Positions 1 to 11,625 of a stretch of 64,000 nt of DNA are shown piece after piece. A model generated the notes under the pieces. The model saw only the letters and a list, made by a program, of their open reading frames with translations. It made no database searches and was not told where the DNA came from. The translations under genes were made by a program, and so were the position numbers. The DNA is from Gemmatimonadales bacterium. GTDB taxonomy: Bacteria; Gemmatimonadota; Gemmatimonadetes; Gemmatimonadales; GWC2-71-9. Position 1 is the first letter of the stretch. The number at the start of each line of letters is the position of its first letter. The DNA lies in assembly GCA_035251445.1 (NCBI GenBank), contig DATFEG010000156.1, positions 3,528 through 67,527 of the forward strand, read 5' to 3'.

Positions 1-136
1 TGTGTCGTCGTCGGTGACCGCGTCGGCGCCGGTGTTTTCGGCGTCACCTCGTCGTACGATGAGTCCCCGGTTCCTGCGTGAGCACAGGTGGCGGCCGCTG
101 CGCATCCAACCACGCCCCTCAGCGAACCGCTAATCC

Positions 137-2227
137 GTGAGCCTGTTCACAGCAGCCCCGCATCGCATTGCGGGGCTGCTACTGTTTCTGGTCGTGCCGG
201 CAGGGATTAGCGTGGCGCAACGGCCATGTGATCCTCAGGCCGCGCTTGGGCCAAGTCACGATTTGTACTGCATCGAGCTCGTCCCAGCGCCGGGTGTCAC
301 CGGTGTGTCGGGACGGGTTGAACTGAGCAAGCCTCCTGGTCCGTTCACCGTCGCGGTTAGAGCCGACGGCCGGTCGCGGTACGTTCCGGTCGTCTCGCTG
401 AGCGGTCTCTCCGCAGGCCATCGGTACACTGCCTGGGTCGCCCGGCCGCAGATGGATTCGGTGATCACGCTCGGCCCCGTGAAGAACGGCACTGTCACCC
501 TGACGCGCGAGATTGATTTCGACAAGTTCACCGTCCTGATTTCAGAGGAACCATCGGGGCGCTACATCCTGCGGGGGCAGTCACCCAGCACACGGCTCTT
601 TCCGCCGGATTTGCTCGAGTTTTCGATCGGTGGGATGGGCCTGTCCGACACCGCAGCGCACCATCACGGCACGGCATCAGCGTGGCCGATGGTCCCCATG
701 CCACAAGGTCTCACGATGCTGCCGGCCGAGATGGCGCTGCGTCCTGAGGTCAGCCCCTATTTGCCATCCGACAGCACCGCGCCACGCGCGCGGCCTGGTT
801 CGAAACTACGCCTCGAGGACGGTGACACGCTGCGGCTCGAGGCGGCCGTCGTGCGTCGCGCGTTCAAAGGGCAGAGCTACACGATGTACGCGTTCAACGG
901 CCAGTATCCGGGCCCGCTGCTCGAGGCCGCACGCGGCGCCGAGATCGTTGTGTTGTTTACGAACAGTCTCGACGATTCCAGCACGGTGCATTGGCACGGG
1001 ATCCGGCTCGACAATCCTTTCGACGGCGTACCCGGCTTGACGCAGCGTGCTGTCGCACCTGGCGAGACATTCATCTACCACCTGCGCTTTCCAGATGCCG
1101 GCATTTATTGGTATCACCCGCACGTCCGCGAGGACATTCAGCAGGAGCTCGGTCTTTATGGGAATCTGTTGATTCGCGGATTGACCGGCGCAGACGTAAA
1201 CCGAGAGGAAATCCTGATTCTGGACGATCTCCTCGTTGGCGACTCGGGACCAATCCCCTTGGGCCGGGAAGCGCCAACCCACGCCTTAATGGGTCGCTTC
1301 GGGAATGTATTGCTCGTCAACGGCGAGCCGACGTACCAACTGGCCGTGCGACGCGGCGAGGTCGTGCGATTCTACTTGACCAACGCCTCGAACACGCGGA
1401 CGTGGAACCTCTCATTCACCGGCGCACGCATGAAAGTCGTCGCGTCGGATGTGGGGCCGTTCGAGCGTGAAGCGTGGGTCGAGAGTGTGGTCATCGGTCC
1501 GGCGGAGCGGTATATCGTGGATGTCCGGTTCGCCAATTCGGGTGCGAGTGCGTTCGTCAATCGCGTGCAGGGCCTCGATCACCTGTACGGGCGCTTCTTC
1601 TCGGAGATCGATACGCTCGGCACCGTGGCGATCGCGACACTGCCGGTGAGCCGGGACTTGGGCGTTACCTTCTCGAGGCTGCGGAGCGATTCCACCACGA
1701 TCCGTGAGGTCGCGCCGCTGCGCCGCTACCTCACCGCGGCGCCGGAGAAAGCCCTCGTCCTAACGCTGGAGACGGAAGACCTGCCCTTTGTAACTCAGCG
1801 TCTGATGCAGCTCGATTCGATCTACTTCGCGCCGGTCGAATGGAGCGGCACGATGCCGATGATGAATTGGGCCTCGACGGGGAAGCAGGTGCGCTGGATT
1901 CTGCGCGATCATGCCACAGGCCGGGAAAACACCGCCGTCGATTGGCGGCTCGAGCGCGGCTCACACGTCAAGATCCGTCTGGTGAACGAACGGCGCGCAT
2001 TTCACGGTATGCAACATCCGATGCACCTGCACGGCCAACGCTTCGTCGTGCTCGCGGTGAACGGCGTGCCCAGTGAGAATCTTGTCTGGAAAGACACCGT
2101 GCTGGTGCCGGCGGGCTCGACGGTGGATATTCTGCTCGAAGCGTCCAACCCCGGTCACTGGATGCTGCACTGCCACATTGCCGAGCACCTCTCGGCGGGC
2201 ATGATGACGCATTTCACTGTGAATTAA
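137..2227 (+). CDS. Multicopper oxidase (secreted, with extra N-terminal region)
   Basis: The 696-aa ORF carries the four copper-ligand motifs HWHG, WYHPH, HPMHLHG and HCHIAEH. It has an N-terminal hydrophobic signal-like segment and a GTG start. Confidence 0.85.
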   Translation: MSLFTAAPHRIAGLLLFLVVPAGISVAQRPCDPQAALGPSHDLYCIELVPAPGVTGVSGRVELSKPPGPFTVAVRADGRSRYVPVVSLSGLSAGHRYTAWVARPQMDSVITLGPVKNGTVTLTREIDFDKFTVLISEEPSGRYILRGQSPSTRLFPPDLLEFSIGGMGLSDTAAHHHGTASAWPMVPMPQGLTMLPAEMALRPEVSPYLPSDSTAPRARPGSKLRLEDGDTLRLEAAVVRRAFKGQSYTMYAFNGQYPGPLLEAARGAEIVVLFTNSLDDSSTVHWHGIRLDNPFDGVPGLTQRAVAPGETFIYHLRFPDAGIYWYHPHVREDIQQELGLYGNLLIRGLTGADVNREEILILDDLLVGDSGPIPLGREAPTHALMGRFGNVLLVNGEPTYQLAVRRGEVVRFYLTNASNTRTWNLSFTGARMKVVASDVGPFEREAWVESVVIGPAERYIVDVRFANSGASAFVNRVQGLDHLYGRFFSEIDTLGTVAIATLPVSRDLGVTFSRLRSDSTTIREVAPLRRYLTAAPEKALVLTLETEDLPFVTQRLMQLDSIYFAPVEWSGTMPMMNWASTGKQVRWILRDHATGRENTAVDWRLERGSHVKIRLVNERRAFHGMQHPMHLHGQRFVVLAVNGVPSENLVWKDTVLVPAGSTVDILLEASNPGHWMLHCHIAEHLSAGMMTHFTVN

Positions 2228-2238
2228 GCGGAGCTCTC

Positions 2239-3639
2239 ATGTACACACTGACACTGCTCCTCGCGCTCGTCGCGCAGCGTCCCGATTCCTTCGCCGCCGG
2301 TGTGCGCGAGTACATCACCTTCGATACATCCGTGCTCGCCCTGACGCATGTCCTACTGATCGACGGGACGGGCGCCGCTCCGAAGCCTGATCAAACAGTC
2401 GTGATTCGCGCGGGCAAGATAGCCGCCGTGGGTCCCGCCGGCTCGGTGCAAGTCCCCGCCGGCGCTCGCACGGTGGATCTGAACGGCTCAACGCTGATTC
2501 CGGGACTGATCGGCATGCATGACCACCTGTTCTATACGGCGGCCGGCGGGCGGGCGGTGCAGATGTCGTATACGGGGCCGCGGCTCTACCTCGGCTCGGG
2601 CGTCACGACGATCCGCACGACGGGGAGCCGATCACCGTACGCCGAGATCAACCTGAAGGATGTCGTCAATCGCGGCTTCGTACCCGGGCCGCGTATCCAT
2701 ATCACCGCGCCCTACATCACCGGCGCAGAGGGCGGCGGTGCCATGGCCGTCGTGATCTCGCCGGAAGCCGCGCGGCGCTTCGTGGCGTACTGGGCGGCGG
2801 AGGGTGCGACGTGGATCAAAGCGTACACCGACATCCGACGCGCCGACCTGGCCGCGGCCATTCAGGAAGCGCACAAGCTCGGCATCAAGGTGACCGGCCA
2901 TCTCTGCTCGGTCAGTTTTCAGGACGCGGTCTCCATCGGCATCGATAACCTCGAGCACGGAATGCTCACGGCGTCCGATCTGACGACCAGCAAGCAGGCG
3001 GACGTGTGCCCCGTCAATCTGATGGCGCAAATCAGCGCGGCCGATCCGAAAGGCAACGCGGCGCAGGCCACGGTACGCTCGCTCGTGCAGAACCGCGTCT
3101 CGATGACGTCCACGCTCGCTGTCTATGAGCCGTTCGTGGCGAATCGTCCGACCAAGGATGCGCGAGTGCTCGACGCGATGGACCCAGGGGTGCGGGAGAG
3201 CTACCTGAGGCTGCGTCAGCAAATCGATTCGAGCCGCGAGGGCTGGGTCAGCCAGGAAACGTTCAAGAATGCCATGGCATTCGAGCGGGCCTTCGTCGAG
3301 GCGGGTGGTCTCATGGCCGCCGGCGTCGATCCGACCGGCATTGGCGGCGCGTTAGCGGGGTTCGGCGACCAGCGCAACTATGAGCTGTTCATCGAAGCCG
3401 GCTTCACGCCGGCGCAGGCGGTGCAGATCATGACCTCGAACGGCGCGAAGATCCTCGGTGTGCAGCAAACGTTGGGGACCATCGAGACGGGCAAGCTCGC
3501 CGATCTGGTCGTCCTGCGCGGCAACCTGACCACCGACCCGTCGGTGATTCGCAGCCCGACAATTGTGTTTAAGGACGGGGTCGGCTACGATTCTGCCAAG
3601 TTGATCGCCTCAGTGCAGGGAAGGGTCGGCGTCAACTAG
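2239..3639 (+). CDS. Amidohydrolase family protein (metal-dependent hydrolase)
   Basis: The 466-aa ORF has the HxH metal motif (GMHDHLF) and a C-terminal GTIETGKLADLVVL-type amidohydrolase signature. It has a signal-like N-terminus. Confidence 0.8.
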   Translation: MYTLTLLLALVAQRPDSFAAGVREYITFDTSVLALTHVLLIDGTGAAPKPDQTVVIRAGKIAAVGPAGSVQVPAGARTVDLNGSTLIPGLIGMHDHLFYTAAGGRAVQMSYTGPRLYLGSGVTTIRTTGSRSPYAEINLKDVVNRGFVPGPRIHITAPYITGAEGGGAMAVVISPEAARRFVAYWAAEGATWIKAYTDIRRADLAAAIQEAHKLGIKVTGHLCSVSFQDAVSIGIDNLEHGMLTASDLTTSKQADVCPVNLMAQISAADPKGNAAQATVRSLVQNRVSMTSTLAVYEPFVANRPTKDARVLDAMDPGVRESYLRLRQQIDSSREGWVSQETFKNAMAFERAFVEAGGLMAAGVDPTGIGGALAGFGDQRNYELFIEAGFTPAQAVQIMTSNGAKILGVQQTLGTIETGKLADLVVLRGNLTTDPSVIRSPTIVFKDGVGYDSAKLIASVQGRVGVN

Positions 3640-3649
3640 CGCAGCGCGT

Positions 3650-3724
3650 GGCAGGGTAGCTCAGCCTGGTGAGAGCACGGCACTCATAATGCCGGGGTCG
3701 TGGGTTCGAATCCCACCCCTGCTA
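3650..3724 (+). tRNA. tRNA-Met (anticodon CAU), elongator-like
   Basis: I folded a 75-nt cloverleaf by hand. The acceptor is GGCAGGG/CCCTGCT (G1:U72), the anticodon stem-loop is CGGCA-CTCATAA-TGCCG, and the T arm is GTGGG-TTCGAAT-CCCAC. There is no 3xGC anticodon stem, so it is not an initiator. The lysidine-modified tRNA-Ile2 alternative cannot be fully excluded. Confidence 0.88.
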
Positions 3725-3985
3725 TATAAGACAAAGACTCGGAAGAAGGCGTCGAAGCAAAGGCGTCGAAGTGAAAGCGGTGAAGGAATGACGTCCCTCG
3801 CAATCCCCCCACCCATCACCACGCCGCCGTTGAGTTCGAAACAGGCTGGTCGTCATGGACAGCTTCATGGGGACGGCGAGGATCGCGCTGGTCGATCTGC
3901 GCTGACCTTTCGGAACCGGCCCTATCGCGCTTTCCTGACTGGCATCAGATTCTGAGCCTGTCATCCACCCCATAGGGGGGCCGTC

Positions 3986-4507
3986 ATGACGTTCCGCGTA
4001 CTGCTGCTCCTTGCCGGAGTGGCTGTCACCGGTGTGCTGCCGGCGACTGCTCAGAAACAAGGCTCGTTCGAAGTGGGTGCATTCGCGGGCTTCCTCAACG
4101 CTGACAACTCGCTCGCGGTAGGCAATGGGATCGGCTTCGGAGCACGCGCGGGAGTGAACGCGACGCCCTTCCTCGCTATTGAAGTCGACTACGCGTCATC
4201 CTCCCACAACGGGGCGAAGCACCAGCCGCTCCACGTGTGGGCTGTCTACCAGGTGCCCCCCACCAGCCGTGCCGAGGTCTTCTTTGGCATCGGGTACGTT
4301 CGCAACAAGTACACCGGGTCCTACGAAGCGGAGGACAGCGGCCTCGGTGGGATGGTCGGTATGCGACACCGCATCAACAACTCGGTGGCCGTGCGGCTGG
4401 ATGGGCGCGCCGACTTCATGCCCAACGCCGCCAACAAGTCGTACATCACCAGCTACAACGGCAACTGGGGCGTTCTGCTCGGCGTGAGCGCATTATTGAA
4501 TCGTTGA
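3986..4507 (+). CDS. Small outer-membrane beta-barrel protein (OmpX/OmpW-like size)
   Basis: The 173-aa ORF has a signal peptide ending ATAQ and alternating hydrophobic/Gly-rich beta-strand patterning typical of 8-stranded OMPs. Confidence 0.65.
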   Translation: MTFRVLLLLAGVAVTGVLPATAQKQGSFEVGAFAGFLNADNSLAVGNGIGFGARAGVNATPFLAIEVDYASSSHNGAKHQPLHVWAVYQVPPTSRAEVFFGIGYVRNKYTGSYEAEDSGLGGMVGMRHRINNSVAVRLDGRADFMPNAANKSYITSYNGNWGVLLGVSALLNR

Positions 4508-4553
4508 AAAACGCGTCAAACAAGAACCGTGGAATAGAAATCGTTGAATAATA

Positions 4554-4610
4554 ACCGTCGCATGAGGCGTCGAGCGAGAACGTAGTCTTCTCGACGTCTC
4601 ATGCGACGGT
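4554..4610. terminator. Long hairpin between convergent genes (candidate bidirectional terminator)
   Basis: A 21-bp stem pairs 4554-4574 with 4590-4610, with one G:U, around a 15-nt loop. T-rich tracts follow the stem on both strands. It lies in the only clearly low-GC spacer (4508-4663), between the OMP stop and the minus-strand SnoaL-like stop. Confidence 0.5.
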
Positions 4611-4663
4611 TCTTGTTCTACGGTTCTGATTCCACGGGTTTCTTGAACGCCCCTTTTCAACGC

Positions 4664-5113
4664 CTATTTAGGAATGTCCGAGTTGTAGATGTCCGTCGAG
4701 ATCAGCCATTTCCCATCCGGCTGCCGCCGCCGAATCTCCAGAAATTTTCCGTGATCGTTCAGTGCCGGCCGGCCGGCTGCCGGCGGCATCGCGAACGAAT
4801 ATGTACCGCGGACGTACGCGAGGTCGCCCCGACCGTCGATATCGACGTTCGTGAGGGTGAAGTCGGTCATCGCGGGTCCGACTTGGAAGTTGGCGAGGAT
4901 CGCCGGCCGGCCTTCCACGATCCCGGCGTTGGGCGGCATGAAGACCGCGTGCCGCGTGTACAGCCCTGCCAGGTCCGAGTCGCGGTTGGCGCGCATGTAC
5001 ACAACCAAGCTGTCGGTCACCGCGCGGATAGCCGCCTTGTCCGCGTCGCTGAGCGGGGGGGCGGTGGCCTGACAGGCGGCGAGCAGAACCAGCAGAGCGA
5101 TGAGGGGGCGCAT
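4664..5113 (-). CDS. SnoaL-like/DUF4440-type small lipoprotein
   Basis: Only the last 149 aa of the 439-aa track ORF look real. This part starts at MRPLIALLVLLAAC (a lipobox-like LAAC) at the ATG at 5113. The remainder resembles a NTF2/SnoaL-like fold, ending GKFLEIRRRQPDGKWLISTDIYN. Confidence 0.7.
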   Translation of the reverse strand: MRPLIALLVLLAACQATAPPLSDADKAAIRAVTDSLVVYMRANRDSDLAGLYTRHAVFMPPNAGIVEGRPAILANFQVGPAMTDFTLTNVDIDGRGDLAYVRGTYSFAMPPAAGRPALNDHGKFLEIRRRQPDGKWLISTDIYNSDIPK

Positions 5114-5115
5114 AC

Positions 5116-5715
5116 TCAGCTCCTTTTCCAGACGATCGGCTTGATGTGACGCGACAGCTCGGCGGCGAAGCGCTGCGCGTCCTGCAGCTTCGCCTCGTAC
5201 TCTGACCGCCATTCCGCCGGCATATTCGCTCGAAAATATGTCGCGGTGAGCAGCTCGCCGCGCGGCTCGAGGGTGGCGGCGCGGCCGCAGCCGACGGCCA
5301 TAATATCGCCCAAAAACAGCGTCGAGCTGCCGGTATCCATGACGTTCGCCACGTCGCATTCGAAGTGCGCGAAGCATTCGTCCAGCACCGGCACGCCTAG
5401 CTTGCCGGTGTGATGCGGGATGCCAGTCAGCTTCTCCTGGTCCCGGCCGCTGAGAAAACCTAACCGCCGCACGATGTCGAACTGCTTGGTGTGCAAGAGA
5501 TGCAGCCCGAATCGCCCCGTCTCGAAGATCATATCGTGACTGTAATTGAACTTGTGGATGTATACCGACAACCGCGGGGCTGTCGGGACGATGGATGCGC
5601 GCACGGCGGCATCGGAGATCATCCCGTTTTCCTTGCCGCCGCGTGCCGACGTAATGGCGACCACCGGCGACGTCAGATTGCGCAGTAGTTGGTAGGTAAG
5701 GTCGGGTTGGAGCAT
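5116..5715 (-). CDS. Flavin reductase-like (FMN-binding split-barrel) domain protein
   Basis: The 199-aa ORF has a pattern typical of the flavin reductase-like domain (VVAITSARGGKENGMISDAAVRASIVP). It lies 2 nt upstream of the SnoaL-like gene, so the two are probably co-transcribed. Confidence 0.72.
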   Translation of the reverse strand: MLQPDLTYQLLRNLTSPVVAITSARGGKENGMISDAAVRASIVPTAPRLSVYIHKFNYSHDMIFETGRFGLHLLHTKQFDIVRRLGFLSGRDQEKLTGIPHHTGKLGVPVLDECFAHFECDVANVMDTGSSTLFLGDIMAVGCGRAATLEPRGELLTATYFRANMPAEWRSEYEAKLQDAQRFAAELSRHIKPIVWKRS

Positions 5716-5727
5716 ACTTCAAGATAC

Positions 5728-7107
5728 ATGTCGAGTGTACAGTCGCTTCCACAGCGCTTCCTTGCGCACGTCCGCCAGACCCGACTGTTTCGCGAGCCCG
5801 GAGAGGCCATCGTTGCAGTGTCGGGCGGCGTTGATTCCGTGGTCTTGTTAGATCTGTTGAGCGGCCAGGCATCCGAACTTGGACTGTCGATTGTTGTTGC
5901 ACACGTGGATCACGGGATTCAGTCCGACAGTCTGAACGTCCGCCAGTCCGTCGCCGCTCTCGCTCAGAAGTACCAGCTGCCATTCGAGGTCACTGAGCTT
6001 CACCTGGGGCCGCAGGCCTCGGAGACCGACGCAAGGCGCGCGCGGTACGCATGGCTGCGAGAGGTCCAGCGCCGGCGCGGCGCGAAGTATCTCGTGACCG
6101 CGCACCACCAGGACGATCAGATCGAGACGGTGCTGCTTCGCACGCTGCGGGGCAGCGCGCCGGCCGGACTCGCGGGGATCGGACGACGCGCGCGCGGAGG
6201 CCTTGTGCGTCCGCTGTTACCGTTCACGCGCCGCGAGCTGGTTGACCACGCCACGGCTCGCGGACTGCCTGTGTACGACGACCCCGCCAACCGTGATCCC
6301 CGCCATCTCCGCTCCTGGGTGCGCGGGACATTATTGCCGCTGCTGAGCGAGCGGCTGGGATCGGCCCTCCGTGGGGATTTACTGGCGCTGGGCCGCCATG
6401 CGGCGAGTGATCGGGCCGCCTGGGATCGCGTTCTGGACTTAACTCCGGAAATCGGGCTCGTCGTGGAGGGCGAAAGCTTCGCCGTTGCCCGCAGGAGTAT
6501 CGCCCGCTATGATAACGCATTGTCTGTTGCGCTCTTGCGTGCGGCGGCCCGCCGAGCTGGCCTCGTACTCGGCCCCACGCGCGCTCGTCGTCTCGTGGCG
6601 CTGGCGCGGGGGCAGTCGGGACGGCGCCTGCCGTTAGGCGATGGGTGGTCTGCCGAAGTGGCGTTCGACCAGCTTCGGGTGAGTCGGCAGCGTAAGGGGA
6701 AGAGCGAGAACGCGCCGGTTGCCGTGCAGCTACACGGGGAATCGGGGTCGGCGCGCTTCGGTGAGTTCGAGATCAGCTGGTCACCGGCGCCGGCGCCCGA
6801 GCGCATCGAGCGTACTGCGTGGACGACCTGGGTGGAAGGCACGGGATGGCAGGTTCGGCCACCCCAGCCCGGCGATGAAGTCGCCCCGATTGGCGGCGTC
6901 GGCCATCGCCCGTTGCGACGGTTGTTGATGGAAGCGCGGGTCCCCCGCGGCGAGCGGGCGCGTTATCCCGTAGTTACGAGGGGAAAGACCATTCTCTGGG
7001 TGCCGGGCATCTGTCGTAGTGCGGAAGGGCTGCCGGCCCCTGGAACTTACGCGGTGAGGCTGGATGTTACAGAGCTCAACGCAGCTCAGGCAGACCGGCG
7101 GACGTGA
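5728..7107 (+). CDS. tilS: tRNA(Ile)-lysidine synthase
   Basis: It has the PP-loop motif SGGVDS and sits in the conserved tilS-hpt-ftsH order. I chose the ATG at 5728 because the track start at 5689 would overlap the divergent flavin reductase gene. Confidence 0.85.
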   Translation: MSSVQSLPQRFLAHVRQTRLFREPGEAIVAVSGGVDSVVLLDLLSGQASELGLSIVVAHVDHGIQSDSLNVRQSVAALAQKYQLPFEVTELHLGPQASETDARRARYAWLREVQRRRGAKYLVTAHHQDDQIETVLLRTLRGSAPAGLAGIGRRARGGLVRPLLPFTRRELVDHATARGLPVYDDPANRDPRHLRSWVRGTLLPLLSERLGSALRGDLLALGRHAASDRAAWDRVLDLTPEIGLVVEGESFAVARRSIARYDNALSVALLRAAARRAGLVLGPTRARRLVALARGQSGRRLPLGDGWSAEVAFDQLRVSRQRKGKSENAPVAVQLHGESGSARFGEFEISWSPAPAPERIERTAWTTWVEGTGWQVRPPQPGDEVAPIGGVGHRPLRRLLMEARVPRGERARYPVVTRGKTILWVPGICRSAEGLPAPGTYAVRLDVTELNAAQADRRT

Positions 7108-7618
7108 GCTGAAGCGCATCGTCTTTGATGAAGAGACGATCGCGCGACGCGTACGGGCACTCGGGCGGGAGATCACCGCGGCCTATCCCGACGGCGACCT
7201 GCTGGTGCTGGGGCTTCTGAAGGGCAGCTTCATCTTCTTGAGTGATTTGGTGCGGCGCATCGAGCGCCCCCTGCAGGTCGATTTTCTCGTAGCTTCGAGC
7301 TACGGCGAAGGGACGGTGTCGAGCGGGAACGTGCGGCTGGTGTATGACCCTGAAACCGAGCTGGAAGGCAAGCACATCCTGCTGGTCGAAGACATCATCG
7401 ACACCGGCAAGACGCTGAATAAGCTGGTTGCGCTGCTTCGCGAGCGCGGGCCGCAAAGCCTGGAGATCTGTGCGCTGTTAGACAAACACGTGGCTGAACA
7501 CCTGGAGCTGGAAGCAAAGTTCATCGGTCTCGATGCGCCGACGCTGTTCCTGGTCGGGTATGGCCTGGATCATGCGGAGAACTTCCGGCACCTTCCTTAT
7601 ATCGCGAGTCTGACGTAG
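7064..7618 (+). CDS. hpt: Hypoxanthine phosphoribosyltransferase
   Basis: It has the PRPP-binding motif LLVEDIIDTGKTL and typical Hpt length. The annotated ATG overlaps tilS by 44 nt, so the true start may be slightly downstream. Confidence 0.85.
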   Translation: MLQSSTQLRQTGGRELKRIVFDEETIARRVRALGREITAAYPDGDLLVLGLLKGSFIFLSDLVRRIERPLQVDFLVASSYGEGTVSSGNVRLVYDPETELEGKHILLVEDIIDTGKTLNKLVALLRERGPQSLEICALLDKHVAEHLELEAKFIGLDAPTLFLVGYGLDHAENFRHLPYIASLT

Positions 7619-9606
<1,988 letters not shown>

Positions 9607-9610
<4 letters not shown>

Positions 9611-10872
9611 GCGTCACGCCGACCACAGACCTTTCGAAGCTTCGAATCAATCGCGACGACCCACCGCCCGCGGTCAAACGGGCGCTGGGTCGTGTGCTTT
9701 GGATCGTCGCCGCAGCCGTCCTGGTATTCGTGGTCGTGATGCTCGTCGCGCGGCGGGGCGGCGCCGTGCCGGTGCAGGTGGTGACGGTCTCGACAACGAC
9801 CGGCGGTACAGGGGCGGTAGGGGGCGGTAGCGGATCTGTCGCGGTCGTCGCCAATGGCTACGTCGTGGCGCGCACGAAGGCGGCCGTTTCGGCCAAGATT
9901 CCCGGACGGCTGGCGACGCTCAACGTCAGCGAAGGCTCGCAGGTTCAGAAAGGCGACATCATCGCGCGTCTGGATAACGCCGACTACGCCGCCGCGGTGG
10001 GACAGGCGGAGGCGCAAGTCGCAAGCGCGAGGGCGACGCTGATCGAGACGCAGTCCGATCGCGATCAACTGCAGCGTGAACTCGTGCGGGTGCGCGACAT
10101 TCGCGCCCAAAACCCCACGCTCGTGTCGCAGCAGGAAGTCGAGAATGCGGAGAGCAAGGCGCGGCAAGGCGACGCGCGAGTCGACGCGCAGCAGGCCCGC
10201 ATCGATGCGGCCGGCGCCGGCCTCCGCGTCGCGCAGGCCAATCTCGAGAACACGTACATCCGCGCGCCGTTTACGGGCACCGTGTTGCGCAAGGAGGCCG
10301 AAGTCGGCGAGGTCGTAGCGCCGTCGGTGGGCGGCGGTCTGACGCGCGGCGCCGTCGTGACGATGGCCGATCTCGCGACCCTCGAGGTCGAGGTGGACGT
10401 CAACGAGGCCTACATCGCGCGGATTTCGAACGACCAGCAAGCGCGCATCACGCTCGACGCGTATCCCGATACCTCGTTTCGCGGCGCCGTGCGCCAGGTT
10501 GTGCCGACAGCCGACCGGCAACGTGCGACCGTACAGGTGAAGGTTTCCATCGTCGATCGCGATCCGCGGATTCTCACCGAGATGGGCGCCAAAGTGGAAT
10601 TCCTGCAGGCGCCCCGGCCGCAACCGGCCGGCGCACCACAGGCGGCCGAGCGACCCCGGATTATCGTGCCCGCGGAAGCGGTGCGCTCCGAGAATGGCCG
10701 CAACGTCGTCTGGATGGTGCGCGAAGGGCGGTTACAAAGTCGTGACGTTGACGCGGGTCCGGTCAGCGGTAATTTCCGCGAGATTCGGTCCGGACTGTCG
10801 GGTGGCGAGCAGCTGCTGGTGGGCGGCGTTGAAACTCCCAGAGAAGGCCAGCGCGTAAAGCTCACACCGTAG
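9607..10872 (+). CDS. Periplasmic adaptor subunit (HlyD/MacA-like) of an ABC efflux system
   Basis: It has an N-terminal TM anchor, a lipoyl/coiled-coil hairpin region and a beta-barrel domain pattern. Its start overlaps the ftsH stop as GTGA, and it is followed by an ATPase and FtsX permeases. Confidence 0.85.
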
Positions 10873-10873
10873 T

Positions 10874-10904
10874 CCCACGCACGACGCACCACGCACCACG
10901 CACG
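10874..10904 (+). repeat. Heptanucleotide tandem array (CCACGCA-type, about 4 units)
   Basis: The sequence cccacgc acgacgc accacgc accacgc acg fills most of the 48-nt spacer between the adaptor and the ABC ATPase. The same unit forms the ftsW/murG hairpin arms. Confidence 0.9.
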
Positions 10905-10920
10905 TTATCCCAGGACTCTC

Positions 10921-11625
10921 ATGGCCTTAGTCGAAATCCGCGACGTCCACAAATCATTCCAGCGCGAAGAACAGCGCATCGATGTCTTCACCGGGCTGAC
11001 GCTCGATATCGAGGCCGGCAGCTTCACCGCGTTGATGGGCCCGTCGGGCTCCGGCAAGTCGACGCTCCTCAACCTCATTGCTGGCCTCGACAAACCGACG
11101 CGCGGCACCGTGCGCGTGAACGGCGCCCAGGTCAGTGCGATGACGCCCGGACAACTGGCAGCCTGGCGGGCGCGTAACATCGGGTTCGTGTTCCAGTCCT
11201 TCAACCTCTTACCGGTGCTCACGGCGTATCAAAACATCGAGTTGCCGCTCCTGCTTACCAACCTCTCGGGTAAGGATCGCGACGAGCGTGTGAAGATCGC
11301 GCTCGACGTGGTCGGTCTTGCCGACCGCGCCGAACACTACCCACGCCAGCTCTCGGGCGGCCAGGAGCAACGGACCGCGATCGCGCGCGCCATCGTCGCC
11401 GATCCGACGGTGATGCTGCTCGACGAACCGACGGGGCAGCTCGACGCCAAGAGCTCACAGGAAGTGCTGGCGCTGCTGCAGCGGCTCAACAACGAGTTCA
11501 ACAAGACGATCATCATCGTCACCCACGATGCGCATGCGGCGGAGCGCGCCAAAACGACGCTGCACCTCGAGAAGGGCGATTTGATCGAGAAGCCACGCGC
11601 GCCCGCCGCCGCGGCGGCGCGGTGA
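10921..11625 (+). CDS. ABC transporter ATP-binding protein (MacB/LolD-like)
   Basis: It has Walker [10 protein letters not shown], the signature LSGGQEQR and Walker B MLLDEPT. Confidence 0.93.
   Translation: MALVEIRDVHKSFQREEQRIDVFTGLTLDIEAGSFTALMGPSGSGKSTLLNLIAGLDKPTRGTVRVNGAQVSAMTPGQLAAWRARNIGFVFQSFNLLPVLTAYQNIELPLLLTNLSGKDRDERVKIALDVVGLADRAEHYPRQLSGGQEQRTAIARAIVADPTVMLLDEPTGQLDAKSSQEVLALLQRLNNEFNKTIIIVTHDAHAAERAKTTLHLEKGDLIEKPRAPAAAAAR

Noticed and set aside
1-136. I noticed a GC-rich imperfect hairpin (ggtgac...gtcacc with an inner gcgccg/cggcgt stem) upstream of the multicopper oxidase and considered it as a terminator of an upstream gene.
   Set aside because: The stem is short and imperfect, there is no following T-run, and the upstream gene is outside the window.
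3650-3724. I considered whether the CAU-anticodon tRNA is an initiator tRNA-fMet, or the tRNA-Ile2 substrate of the nearby TilS.
   Set aside because: It lacks the three consecutive G:C pairs in the anticodon stem and the 1:72 mismatch of initiators. Its anticodon arm and variable region resemble elongator tRNA-Met as I recall it. Ile2 identity cannot be excluded from sequence alone, so it is reported as tRNA-Met(CAU) with that caveat.
3725-3985. I examined the 261-nt spacer after tRNA-Met. It contains a 12-nt direct repeat, aaggcgtcgaag, at 3746-3757 and 3760-3771, and the track lists ORFs at 3689-3955 (+) and 3722-4060 (-). I asked whether it could be an integration scar, a small gene or a riboswitch.
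   Set aside because: There is no integrase, no tRNA-fragment duplication and no convincing conserved-looking fold. The track ORFs overlap the tRNA or the OMP gene and look non-coding. The evidence is not enough to call anything.
4664-5983. A 439-aa minus-strand track ORF spans the SnoaL-like gene, the flavin-reductase gene region and part of tilS.
   Set aside because: Only the C-terminal 149 aa, from MRPLIALL at 5113, has a signal/lipobox and a fold-like sequence. The upstream 290 aa are Arg-rich low-complexity sequence overlapping the well-supported flavin-reductase-like ORF in another frame.
9781-9840. I noticed a 10-nt direct repeat, ggggcggtag ggggcggtag, in the adaptor gene and a Pro-rich tract at 33121-33170.
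   Set aside because: These are short low-complexity linker codings (GGTGAVGGGSGS and PPPSPPPQSPP) typical of flexible tethers, and they need no further explanation.
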